Origin: the human T2T-CHM13v2.0 reference genome, Homo sapiens
DNA: 64,000 nt
Reading direction: 5' to 3' (one strand)
Assembly: GCF_009914755.1 (NCBI RefSeq)
Contig: NC_060942.1
The notes beneath the pieces were generated by a model that did not search any database, was not told the DNA's origin, and saw only the letters and a list, made by a program, of their open reading frames with translations. A program made the position numbers and the translations under genes. Below, piece after piece: positions 51,751 through 64,000 of the stretch (positions within the stretch are counted from its first letter, which is position 1; every line of letters starts with the position of its first letter).

Positions 51751-54700
51751 ATTCCATAATAGCCGTAAGTATAGCACTGCTATTCTAAACTACTGATTTA
51801 TAATGCAACAATATGGGTGATACCAGTAGGAGAAAGGATCAATTTGGTTTTCATGGTTAGGTTAATTATTAAAAAATAATGACTGTATTTTCTGAAATTT
51901 GAATCCTGGGGGAAAACAAATATTTAAGGAAAATATTTTTTATTGTTACTAAGTATCTGGAGAATATAAAGGAAGTGGCTGTATTATAACACTCTAGTAA
52001 TAGAACTTTTTCTTCCTTTCTGATTCATAGCATATTGTGTGCTTTACCTTTCCACTTACCATTACAGAAGATTTTATAAAATATATTTAGAATTCCCAAT
52101 GATTTTCAGTAATTAGAGAAAGTCAGCTATTTTTCCAAGTTTCCAATTAATCTCCATATCTAATAAGAAAATAGTTACCAGAATTTGGAGCCTCTATACT
52201 AAAAGGACAATTTAGAGGCCTGCCATGGGAAATCACCCACTCTTAGAATTGAAATATAAAGACTATGATAATATATTTAAATCTACAGATAAAAAATTGG
52301 CATTTCTCATCATATTAATCAAAATCAAATTACTATAGAATAGTGGATTAGAAACTAAGTTTTTCATTTCTCCAATATTCTTTCAAAATTCAATTTTAAA
52401 AGGTTGATATAAATATACAACAAAACTACACAGAGAAAATAGGCCATGTTGTGGATATCATCATCAGATCAGAGGCACCCAAACTGACTACTTTTTACTT
52501 TTGTAGTGCATATATGACATAAATCATCACCTTAAAACAATTAGAAAAACCAATACCTGTTTCTTATCTCTAATTGAAGTATCAAGTGATAGCTGTTTAT
52601 CATATATATTGAAATAATTGTCCTTTTCTTTTAAGAATGTAATCTGTAGCTGTTGATACTCTTGAGCTAAACGCAGATTTTCTTCAAGTGAATCAGCTAT
52701 TATTTTCTAGAAGGTAAAAAAATATAATTGAATTGTGTGTATATATATATAAACGCAATTAAAATCATTTGGATTTGTTTGAATTTTTACATCTTTTAAA
52801 TTATCTAAACATGCTCTATTATGTATAGTAGAAAAATAACAAAATAACCAAAAAATGTTTCTCCTGATACCAATATCCTTTGTTGATTTAATAATATTCT
52901 TTTTTGATGCAGGTTTTTTTTTAACATTAATGTGTGATTCATCAGAGTTAGTCTGACTTTTAATTCACCTCTTTTCACTGCCTTTTTCCTGAACTTCCCT
53001 CTATCATGCCTTGAAAGGTGCCCAGTCCTGGGACCCTTTAATCAGCATCCCAGGAGCACTTTCACAGTTTCCTGTCCTCTTATACTTTTCTCTAGCCCCT
53101 GTGCTTAAATGAGTAGATGGTACCTTGTAGCTTAGAATTTCATCTCCATGAAGTTCAGAATGTTGGTACCCACAGAAAACATTAAAAACATAGATGAGGA
53201 AAGAGTAAAAGACAAAGAATAGGGAATGCAAAATTTAGAAGCACCCAGCATCATTGTTTATAATTAATATATTTTAGTTATGTTTAAATAAAAGTTAAAT
53301 CTGCTAGTATGAGCAGTTGAGAACTTTATAATGTCCTCCTCCATGACTAAATAAATATATGTCAAATCTAATATAAACTCTTTAGAAAATAACTTTGCAT
53401 CACTATTCATTGGCAAATTGGGGGCTATCTATAATTTTAAATTAAATGCCTGAACTGAGTTTAGTTTCTGATTTTTTTTTTTTACATTTCTTGCACAGAA
53501 AACTTACTCTGACTGCTTAAAAAATATGGTATTTATCAATAGCTCTAAATATTTTCAAACCTGTTAATCCAGTAATTTCTCTTTTGGGAATCTATCCTAA
53601 GCAAAATGCTTTATTCATTACAATGTTATTTATAATAGCAAAATAAGTTGTCAAAACATATAAATGCAGATTAATCATGATGACGATAATGATGATTCAA
53701 TAACTAGATACAGAAATAACCATTGTGAAGCAATTAAAATTGTTTCTTTGTGAAAATTGCCATCACAACAAACCCTTAGTATAAGTTGTTAAAAAATATG
53801 TTGCCATGCGAGAATGTGTATAGAGGAAATGTAATTCAGCAGAAAATTGCCTGTACAAATATTTCTGTATTTACACACTTGAAGATTTATTAAAGTCAAC
53901 AAACATATTTCTCATGAAAGGCTGGTATCCATATTGATCCCTAATGATAAATATTATGTCATAGCTATTCTTCAAAAAGCCAAAATGACCAACTGAGAAT
54001 CATTTTAAATGCCCTTGTCTTAATTCTGTCACAATAATTTAAAACTTCAGAAATTTCTATCTATAAACTTGCCTAAAATCACATTGAATTATTTTTTGTT
54101 ACGAGGACAAAGTTCTATTAATATTTTCCTTTGGTGGAGATTCTTTTCAAAAGATAGCTATACTAATTTAAGATTTTGACATTAATATTAAAATCCAATC
54201 CTGAAGTGATTAACTTGTAACATTGATAAATGTTCTACTTTAGAAAGGAATAGGCATCATTTTGAATTTTTTGTTCATTTGTTTTTTTGATTAAATCTAA
54301 GCACAACTCTGATATCTGAGACATCCTACTTCTCAGGTGCTTTTCTTTCCATTTCTAGGTGGCTACTACAAACATTTAATTTGAGAGGAGTGATACAGAG
54401 TTCCGGGATTTGCATTTTACCAATTTAATGGAACTTAATTGGGGAAATATTTTATAATATATACTTTGCTCAATGTTTAATATGCAGTTTTATTTCTAAA
54501 TGCATACATGTTCAATTTCTGAATGATACCAGTTCTTCCACTTTATATATCGCAATTAGAATATATGCCAAAAAAGCAAATTGTGTAGTTATGCCAGTAA
54601 ATCTTCAAAACGTTACATCAGTCACAATATTTTACATTATCATTTTCCAGTAATGAATATATGAAGGATGTATCAATTCACTACTTATTCCTGAAAGTCA

Positions 54701-55289
54701 GTGACCTTCAGATGTATAATGAAGTTTAAGTTTTATTAATTTTAAATAATAGTATTCATTCGACACTGAAAATGTTTAAGTTTAATTGAGAGTCCACCTC
54801 ACAACTTTGACTTGTTTAACTTTAACCAATAATATTGTTAAATGTAAATGACACAAATGGGGAATGATAATTATTGGTGGAAATATGTGCAAGGGAAATA
54901 GCTCATAAAAGGATAACTGGAATGTAGAATTCTTCTTTTTTTTCACTTCTTTTATTTTCCATACTATTACATTCACTCAAAAGGCCTAAGTACATATAAC
55001 ACTTTCTCAAAGACAGATTTATTGTTTTTTACTCAATTCCAATTATTAATACTTATTAAGATGGTAAAACATTAGGAAGATAGCTTGCTGAAGAGAAGAG
55101 ATGTAATGAATGTTTGTTAATAGTTTCCATATTGTCTAGAGTTTATTAAGGAAAATATTTTACTTGGTGATGGTTTGTTCTTTATTATCACAAATTTTTC
55201 TTTAAGCCTTGATACTTCGGGGATATTACAGCTTCTTTTCCCAATATTTTATTATAAAATAAAGATTATGCTTATAAGGACTGAACAAA

Positions 55290-55405
55290 ATCTAGATTGT
55301 AGGTTCCATGAGGGATGAGACCATCATTTTGTTCGCCCTAAGAGATGTTGCACTGCGAAGATCTAACATAAGCAGGTGCACACGTTTTCAGTAAATGAAT
55401 AAATG
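55290..55405 (+). mobile_element. L2 3' end
   Basis: 'ctagattgtaggttccatgaggg...ttttgttcgcc...gtaaatgaataaatg'. Confidence 0.65.
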
Positions 55406-56077
55406 CATGTATGCACATAATATTAATTCAGAAATATATATATTGTGCCCTTTGGAACCACACATTTTATTTTTCAACTTCTATGAAGTAACTGATTGGC
55501 AATATAACCACCATTATAATATGGCACATTCATTATACTATTTGATACTGTACTACTTGAGAGGTGTATATATATATATACACACTTTTAAGTGTATATA
55601 TACTCTTTTAAGTATATAAAGAGAAATCATACCATATGTTTTTGTATTAAAAACTATTCTAAAGATAACCATATTGTCCAGGTTTAACAAGAATTCTTTA
55701 TTTTGGGTGAATCATTGACTTTCAGAAGGTATGTGAACCTCATTAAACTGTACACAGCATTTTTCTTGGGTTATTTAGTTAGCCCATGATCCCCAAAGTG
55801 TGGAAGAACCATTGCTAAGGAAAGGCTTGGCTTCCTTCTCTGTCAGCAAAAATGCTGAAAAATGGAGACAGGTTGAGTATTCAAAATACACAAATAGTAG
55901 TTCTACTCCCCACCCCCCCCACTTGACTTTTCTTGTTCTTTAAGCCATAGATTCCACTTGGACTTTTCCTCAATTTTCTCCACTTTCAGTTTATTTTTCC
56001 TTCTTCTCATCTCTCACTGGGTAAATGGGGACTAGGGACTTCCAATCAGAAAACTGGTTCTTTTTGGGAAAAAAATG

Positions 56078-56205
56078 TAAAAATATAAAATATAAAAATA
56101 TAAAATTTTTATATTTTATATAAAAATATAAAATTTTTATATTTTATATAAAAATATAAAATTTTTATATTTTATATAAAAATATAAAAATATAAAAAAT
56201 ATAAA
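56078..56205. repeat. Pure-AT minisatellite: 28-bp quasi-palindromic unit, 3 exact copies plus partials
   Basis: TATAAAAATATAAAATTTTTATATTTTA at 56091, 56119 and 56147. No G or C for 128 bp. Confidence 0.97.
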
Positions 56206-56639
56206 GCCTATATCATATTTCTGTTTCACTTTGTGATATACAGCAAGGAAATTAGAAATAAGGCTGAACTTGCCTGTTAAGTTATAAATTCCACATATAA
56301 TAAATAACAACTGAGACTTACACAGTCACCTTCAGAAGAAAGAAAATTACCCAGGATAGTAAATCTGTATTGTAACTGAATGTAAGATATTAACAACCCT
56401 CCTCTCCCTAAAAAGAATATGCCACTTTAAAAGAAGTTGATAAGCAATGGAAGCAAAAATGAAATAAAGTCAGGGACACTAACATAGCCGGTGCCTATCA
56501 ACAGGAAACATTCCTCCAGACCCAAAGCCTCAACCGTCTCAGTTCTGGAAACCATTCCACTTCCACTCTAGTATTAGTTATACTGTGTTACATTAGCTTG
56601 ATGACAAAAATGAGAATTAGAAAAAGAGTAAAAGCTAAT

Positions 56640-57420
56640 ATTAGGGAGTGCTTACTATAGTCAGGAGCTGTGCTAGGAATGCAGTATTTACTGAATTTAT
56701 CCTTGTAGCAATGATCTGAGACTTTATATTATTATCCGCATGTCACAGGTAAGAAAGACAAGGCCGAGAGATATCAGTTGAGGTAAACTGTATTTTCCAA
56801 AAATGGCCACAGCAATATTTTCAGTCTCGATGTTTTTTCCAGAACTTTATCACTCCCTATCCAAAGGTACAGTCTATTTCTCCTTCCTTTGAACCTGGGT
56901 AGACCTATGGCTTTTCCAGCTAATCGAGGATGCTAGAAATGATGCTAAGTGACTTCCCAGGCTGGCTTATATAATAGAAAGCATACAGCTTCTGCCTGGC
57001 CCTCTCTTTGAGGGCATTCACCCTTGGAACCTGCCACCACATTGTAAGGAATCTAGGCCAGAGGCCATGTGTAGGTGTTCCAGCAAACAGTCCTAGCTCA
57101 GTTCTCAGGCAACAGCATCAATTGTGAGTGAGTGAGTCAGCTGAAGATAAATCTAACCCCTAGCCTCCAAGTCATCCAACTGATGTCCAGAAAGGGTGAA
57201 ACAGAGACATGCCATCCCCGCTCGGCCTTGTCCAAATGTCTGGCACATAGAATCATAAGCATAGTCATTTTACACCATGATGTTTTGGAGTATTTGTTAT
57301 ACAACCAAAGCAACTGAAATGCCAGATATCTTGTGCAAGTTTGCACAGCTATTAGGCAGTGAAGCTGGGCTTTGCATCATCAAGTCAGACTGGCTCCAGA
57401 TCCTGTACCCTTAACCGTCC
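56640..57420 (-). mobile_element. MIR split by an MLT1 LTR (pieces ~56640-56778 and ~57325-57420)
   Basis: 'gagtgcttactat...ctgtgctagg...aggccgagaga' resumes after the LTR as 'cttgtgcaagtttgcacagcta...gactggctccaga'. Confidence 0.7.
56779..57321 (+). mobile_element. MLT1G/H-like MaLR solo LTR
   Basis: 'actgtattttccaaaaatggccacagcaata...agtctatttctccttcctttgaacctggg' ... 'gttttggagtatttgttatacaa...aactgaaa'. Confidence 0.85.
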
Positions 57421-60400
57421 AATATATTCCCTTCGCAAACATGAGCCAGCACTTTTAAACACTATATGCAATGCAGTCTTCATAAAATGTAATGACATTA
57501 AATAATTAAATCAAATAACTGAATTCCATAGTTCTAAGTCCATTTCTGCCAAGAAACTGTCTTATTATAATCTGGTTAACACAGCATTTTGACATAGGTA
57601 AAACAGGCCACTTATGGAAATTAGAATGTGGTCCCAGGCTACTGTTAATTATACATAAATATGGGCATATTGGTTATATATTGTTAGTTTCTTGTGCTTT
57701 TTGATCTACATGATTCCATATCTCAGTATTTGATTAGGTCTGACGCATTCCCTGGCAAGACCAAATGCATGGACCTTCAAAGCTGGGACCTGTAGAACTG
57801 TGGACTATGGTTGAATGCAGTAGAATAATGCTACCCTTGGAGATCTGTGGAGCTTCCACCAGAGACACTTATCCTGGACAAAGTTTAAATCTATTTGAAC
57901 TGTTATTTTTAAAATCAAAGGTGGACTAATGCCAAAGGAGATTACAAGAAAAAAACTTGATTCAAACATTCTAGAAAGGTGGTTATGATTAAAATATTTG
58001 CACTATACATTTAAGTACAAAAAGTGAAATAGCTGTTTACAAATACCTTATTGTTAGTACAATCATCGTGGTGTCTATGACTAAATGCATAGCAATGTGT
58101 CATATATACCCTTAATTATTCTTAATGTAGGCATTTGGATCCAGTTTACCAGGCAGAGGGGCTAGGTTTTTCTTTCAATTATGTATTGTAAGAGAGCTGT
58201 CATCTTCTGACCCAGTTCTAACTCTACTCTCCTGTCCTGATGTAACTGTCTGTTGCTGTCTTAGCTAATCTTTTCTGATGATCTGTCTGTCATCCCCTAA
58301 TTCTTGGTTATTAAGAATTTACTGCAGACAGCTCCTTGCTTTCTTTCATCTCACCAGAGCTCTGCCGGCTCTTGCTACCACATCCATATTCTTGCATAGA
58401 CCGCACTACATTCACTTCAGTCTCATGGATGGAAAGAATGGACTTCCCACCAGAACCATCAGAAAACAAAAAATGTATTGTTAGTATTTATTGATTGATT
58501 TTACTCCAGAGCATCCTCACATCTAGCCTTTTCTTCATTTTTTTGTTTATTTAATCATTTGTTTAGCAAACCCTTGGGAAGTTTACTTTACGGATTCAGC
58601 TCTATGGTTAGGCCAGGAATTAAAAAAAGGATAAGATATAATTCCTGTTCGCCAAGGATTACAAGCTGTAGTTGGAGGAGGCTGAAGTGTGAAGAATTCT
58701 ATTCCAGTTACAGTGGAATTGATTCTATCAAGTGGGGGAACAGCATAAACAAAAAGCTTCACAGAAGAAAAAAAAATCATTGATTTGAATCAGAAGATCG
58801 AAGCTGCCCCACCACAAACGTTAGTATATATCTGAGCAAATTTGGAGGAGTCAGAGTCAACAGAAATATTTTCTTGGCCCCTTAGGAACAGTAGATTATT
58901 GTTGCCTATGGCTTGTGAATTAAACTCTCATAGATAAGGTTAAATGTTCTGCTGTCTTTTGACTTTAGCATATTACTAAGTGTAAACAATAAAATGTATC
59001 CACATATTTAGTATCCTATCAATGCATAGCATTACAAGTAATGTCAGTTCCAAGCACCACTGTTTCAATAGTATATGATCCTGTGCACATGCCCACGCAT
59101 TACACCATTGATCCCATCCCAATGAATCCCCACAGGCCTCTTATATGCCCTTGGTACATTTCTGCCCTTCTCGAGCACTGGAATGATAGTTTTGCATACC
59201 GTGAGGCTTTGATGTCCTTAAAGCAGGTATTGGTGCGGAGACTGATTCATAGCATGTACAGGGGATATATTTTAGAATAAACAAGACAAGCGGGCTCCAA
59301 GTCTGTTTGTGAGTAACTTCAAAAGCATCCCCCACTTTTATTCATGGGCATTAGTGTAATTAACCCAAATGTTTAAAATACAAGCTGATCCTCTAACAAT
59401 GTAGAAGACAGGGAGAAAATATCTTCTTTATTAAGGGCATCACCTACAGTGTGCATAGAAGCATTATTGCATTGCTGCTCCCTTAAAATCTATACACCAA
59501 TTACTACAGAAAGCAAGAGTTCTCCCTAGTGTTTCCAAGAAGCAAGTCTGTAAGAATGATATGTGTCGATACCCTGAAGCCTCAGAGGAGCAAATAACTG
59601 TTTTAACTCTCCCAGGACCCACTTCCTTGTCTGTGCTGCCATGGAAACCATTCTCTTGTCCAAGGCGAGTTCTCTGATAATTAGTTTTAAAAGAACATTC
59701 TTGATTTGTAAATGAACAAATCAATCCTCTGCATCAAGGTTATTACATACCTTAAACTCTATGTATTATCATGTTTAACAAAATGCTCTCTATTCACTCA
59801 TTTATTCAAAAGTACGTACTGAGCAAGACAGAAAAGCAGTATGGGAGGTACTGGTGGAGGCACCTTTATGACACTGTTTGATGAAAGCCTGTGACACGCA
59901 GCTGACGAATCATACCTGTCCCTGCCAGAGTCCAGGGGAATACTTCCGTTAGCTGCCCTACCCCAGCTCCCAACTATATGAGGACACAAAGGACTCCTCA
60001 GCTTACTTTCCTGACTGGGTTACAAATTTAGCTACTGCATTAATTTATGCATAAAGTTTACTAACGGACATTATGACATTGCCTCTCAGAAGAAATTCAT
60101 TGAGAATTTTTGAACATCTTTTGTTAACCTTGCTTGTTCCCTATTACTATTTTTGTCTCTGTTGTATATATTTGACCAAGAATTATTGATAATAACATGA
60201 AAAAACACACAATTTCATGGCAGAAGGAGCTTGCAATCAGATAAGGGAATAGAGGCATTCACAAAGCTAACTACATCAGGATGCATTATGCATGAAGAAG
60301 GATAAAAGGCATATCCACATAACGATAGTAGTTCCATGAGAGATCAGTTCCAGCAAAAGTGATGAGCAAAGTTTCAAGGAAGCATCAGTTTGTCAACTGA

Positions 60401-62598
60401 TTTCTGGAGATATTTCATATAAGAGCTCTGTATGTGGTCTTAGCAGGGAAAACCTGACCCAGAAATACAGATGCTTATTAATTATTAAAAAACACCTGAT
60501 CAATGTGGGTGTGTGTTAAAGAAAGAAACATTTGTCTCCATACTGACTATAGTATTCCTCCTATAACTATTGAATAACTTAAAGAAAACCTTACACAAAT
60601 GCCACTTATGTTAGCTATTAAATTTCCATTTGGTCAAGTTTTCTTCAAAATCATTTATGTCCCTTCAAATAATTTGATATAACTGATTACAGAAATAAAT
60701 TATGTAATAAGAAAAGGAGCAAAAATCGGTTTCACCTAATCTATATCCCCAATGATGTTTTCTAAATTAAAGGACATTATTTAAATGGTTACAGTATTTA
60801 AAGTATATGACATCTTAGAATAATCCGTGGCACAATTTTTGTCCTCAGTAAGTGACAGGCACAGTAATAATTTCTCTAAATTTATTAATTGTGTATTAAA
60901 TAAACTTAAAATTTTTAATCCTGAATATATTTTTGAGTTTAATATTTTTTCTGATATCAAGAGTGTTAGAAACATATTTGATGTTATGCCCTTGTTAACT
61001 ATTCCTATGCATTATAATCATTTAATTATATTTTAATTTGTTGATATTTTAAAATATATTTTAAGAATATATATTCTAAAATATATATTTTAAAAGTCTG
61101 CTCCTCTTTTCACGGCATCATGTGAAAGGCTGAACAACCATTTCCTCTTCATGTGTACCTCCTGATTTGAACAGTTTAAGATGTAGAAAGGTTTCCTATT
61201 TACTCACATTTTAATGATATACATTTCTACTTCACTGGCGGAAAAGGCTGATCAGTCACAGAAAGGTCAGTTAACACTAAATAGACCCTTTCTTTATGTA
61301 ATTACAAAGAATAATATCTTTGTACTGATGGCACTGCACATCGAGTGGGTGATGCAGAGAATTAATGTGCTGCCTTCTTGGCCCATGGGATACAGATTCC
61401 AATACAATAACCACAACTTATTCTAATTATGCAACTTTAAAAGGTCATCAGCAAAAACAGTTAAGGAATTATGAACTAACTTTATCATAAAGTAATAATG
61501 TACTGTATAAATGCAGAAATTGTAAGAACAGTACCTAGAAACTTCATTACAAATGAGAGAAAAACTGATCTAAGGGGTTCCAGAACACATATTATGGCAT
61601 AAATTAAGTAAAAGCTTTGAATGATTAAAATATGTATATTTTGCAAGTTGCCACTGATGTAGTCAGATAACCTGATGCCACTTTACATTTGTAGAAAATG
61701 GTTAATTTTGAAAGCACTTTATATATTTAATGCCAGTTTTATTGTCGTATCTATGTTACATCAGAATTTAAATATTTCTTTTAGAAATCTGTTTGTTATG
61801 AGGTAATACATGCTGATTATATTATATACAAAATAACAGAGAGGTACATGGAGTAGAAAATTAAAACCTTTCTTCACGTGACTGTCATTTCTATACTCCA
61901 GAGATAGCATTAACAATTTGGTGCAAGTCCTTCAGAAATAAAAATTTAAAAAAATTTTTCTACATCGATAATGAGGAAATAGGGGCAACGGAAGTCAATT
62001 TCTTGCCCAAGGTCACACATGGACAGAACATTAAGGCTAGGGTCCCCCCTAATTTCAGTCTGACACCCTTTCTGGGTTTACATCCCCTCCTAATCTTGGG
62101 TATGAATTGCAGAACCCTTAAGATTCTAGTATGTAAATGCTCTAATTTCTGAATACCCTATAGAATTACATCAGCCTTTCAAAATAAATTAGATACTCAT
62201 GGAGGAGAGTGCTTTGAAGTAAAAAAAAAAAAAAAAAATAGGCCTCAGTCTTTTCCTTGGAGATTCAGGGTCAGAAAACATTAGGGCTATTGCCACAGAT
62301 GTGCCAACTATGAGAAGTTCAGCAAATAATTTGCAGTCTAATACAATATCCTTATGGGTTGAATTACTGGTAATGTCTTCATTCTTTTGCTGCTTTATTG
62401 GGAAGGAAGAGATTATGAGCATCTTTACTCACCTGGTACTGTTGTTCACATTAGAGCACTGTCCAAACCTTGCAACGTATCCCAAGCAGAAATATGATAT
62501 AAAATATCTAAGGCAATTTTCTACAGATAACCATTTCGGGATGTATCTACTTCCCAAACTAATTTAATCTTGGTATAGGGGAAAATGATATTCTAGAT

Positions 62599-62820
62599 CA
62601 GGGATAAGCCAACTATGGCTCTCCAGCCAAATCCAGCCCCTGCATGCTTTTGTAGATAAATTTTATTGGAACACCTCATACTCATTGGTTTACATATTGT
62701 CTTCAGTCTCTTTTGCTTTACAGTGGCAGAGTTAAGTAATTGCAATAGAGACTGAGTGGACCATAAAGCCTGAAATATTTACTGCCTGTTCCTTTATAGA
62801 CAAACATTTGCTAACCCCTA
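62599..62820. mobile_element. MER58A (hAT-Charlie)
   Basis: 'caggg...aactatggc...gccaaatccagccc...ttttattggaacac...aaagcctgaaatatttact...tttgctaacccct'. Confidence 0.9.
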
Positions 62821-62854
62821 CTATAGAGTCTTAATTAATATATTAGTATCGTGC

Positions 62855-63207
62855 TGTATTAGTCCATTTACACACTGTTGATAAAGACATACCTGAGACT
62901 GGGAAGAAAAAGAGGTTTAATTGGACTTACACTTCCACATTGCTGGGGAGGCCTGAGAATCATGGTGGGAGGCAAAAGGCAGTTTTTGCATAGTGACAGC
63001 AAGAGAAAATAAGGAAGATGCAAAAGTGGAAACCCCTGATAAAACCATCAGATCTAGTGAAACTTATTCACTACCATGAGAACAGTATGGGGGAAACTGC
63101 CCTCATGATTACATTATCTCCCAACAGGTCCCTCCCACAACCCCTGGGAATTATGGGAGTACAATTCAATATGAGATTTGGTGGGGACACAGAGCCAAAC
63201 CATATCA
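62855..63207 (-). mobile_element. THE1C-type MaLR solo LTR
   Basis: The minus strand begins TGATATGGTTTGGCTCTGTGTCCCC and ends ACTAATACA. Perfect 5-bp TSD cgtgc at 62850-62854 and 63208-63212. Confidence 0.96.
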
Positions 63208-64000
63208 CGTGCTTAATGAAGTTCCAATTTAAACCTCTCATTCAAGATCTATTTGGGCTCTACTTAGGCCTAAGCATAAAAAAACATGGTTAGAAAGCAT
63301 TTTTATTTTTCCAGCAGAGGACCATAGTAAGGTGACACAGCCAATCAACAGTCACTTCAAAATTATCTCGAAGTCCTTAAAAAAAAAAAAAGAAATCTTT
63401 GTGAGCTTTGTAAGTACTCTCAAAATGGACTCAATAACTTTGTAAAGAGTAGTCAGAGCTGTTAAAATACCATAAATCTTGCCCAAATGTGTCTACCCCA
63501 CGCCTTCTTTAATTAAAAGTGGTTCATAGAGGTCTTGCATTATAAGTAGATAGAGAGGTCTGCTCAGTTTTTGACTCCTGAAACTTCTGTTGGGGGGCTC
63601 AGAATTAATTTCATGTTGCTGAGCTAAGCTAAAGTTTAATTTCATGGGCAGCATAGGTGTCCATTCATTTGTAGAATGGCTAAGTAAACTGTGAAGGACT
63701 CTACAGTGATGAGAAGAAATGGACTAGACAAATATTATAGCCACACAGAATGAACTTTAAAATATGGGGCTGAGCAGGGAAGACAGAAACGGAATAATAA
63801 ATTTTGCATAAATCAGCTCATAAAGGAAAGTGCCAATGGGCAATTTGATAGAAACAATATTTACAAATCAAAGGGGGAGGAAATAAATGAAGAGTTAATA
63901 TTTTGAGGATATGTGAGTCTACATGGTCAGCAATGACACTGCCACTGCTCTCTCTTAAAATGATTAAGTAAATGGATATCTAGATCTTCCAGGTTTTTCC

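Noticed and set aside
55564-55583. 20-bp perfect palindrome gtg(ta)7cac
   Set aside because: A trivial consequence of a (TA)n microsatellite.
59041-59335. 79-aa ATG ORF in moderately GC-richer unique sequence
   Set aside because: No recognisable homology, splice structure or retrocopy hallmarks, and its length is compatible with chance.

Overview
AT-rich, CpG-depleted primate genomic DNA. AluY, AluS and AluJ, L1PA, L1PB and L1MA, and THE1 elements point to a catarrhine, most likely human, source. It is intronic or intergenic and I cannot name the locus. There is no intact protein-coding gene, RNA gene, CpG island or CRISPR array: the listed ORFs are Alu or L1 translations, microsatellite read-through or chance ORFs. 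Roughly half the window is interspersed repeat: 14 Alus, a TSD-bounded, structurally complete 8.5-kb L1MA (22127-30602) hosting a nested L1 and two Alus, a 3-kb L1PA15/16 splitting an MLT1 LTR, four MaLR LTRs including a clean THE1C solo LTR, MER20 and MER58, and MIR, L2 and CR1 relics. The best non-repeat signals are candidate developmental enhancers (about 50.2-50.6, 11.4-11.7 and 61.1-61.5 kb), a 128-bp pure-AT quasi-palindromic minisatellite (56078-56205), an unexplained GC-richer island (35930-36287), an orphan L1 5'UTR fragment, and a speculative THE1C-driven minus-strand transcript. I found no convincing evidence of a new biological system. Subfamily calls rest on remembered consensus diagnostics, not on a database search.
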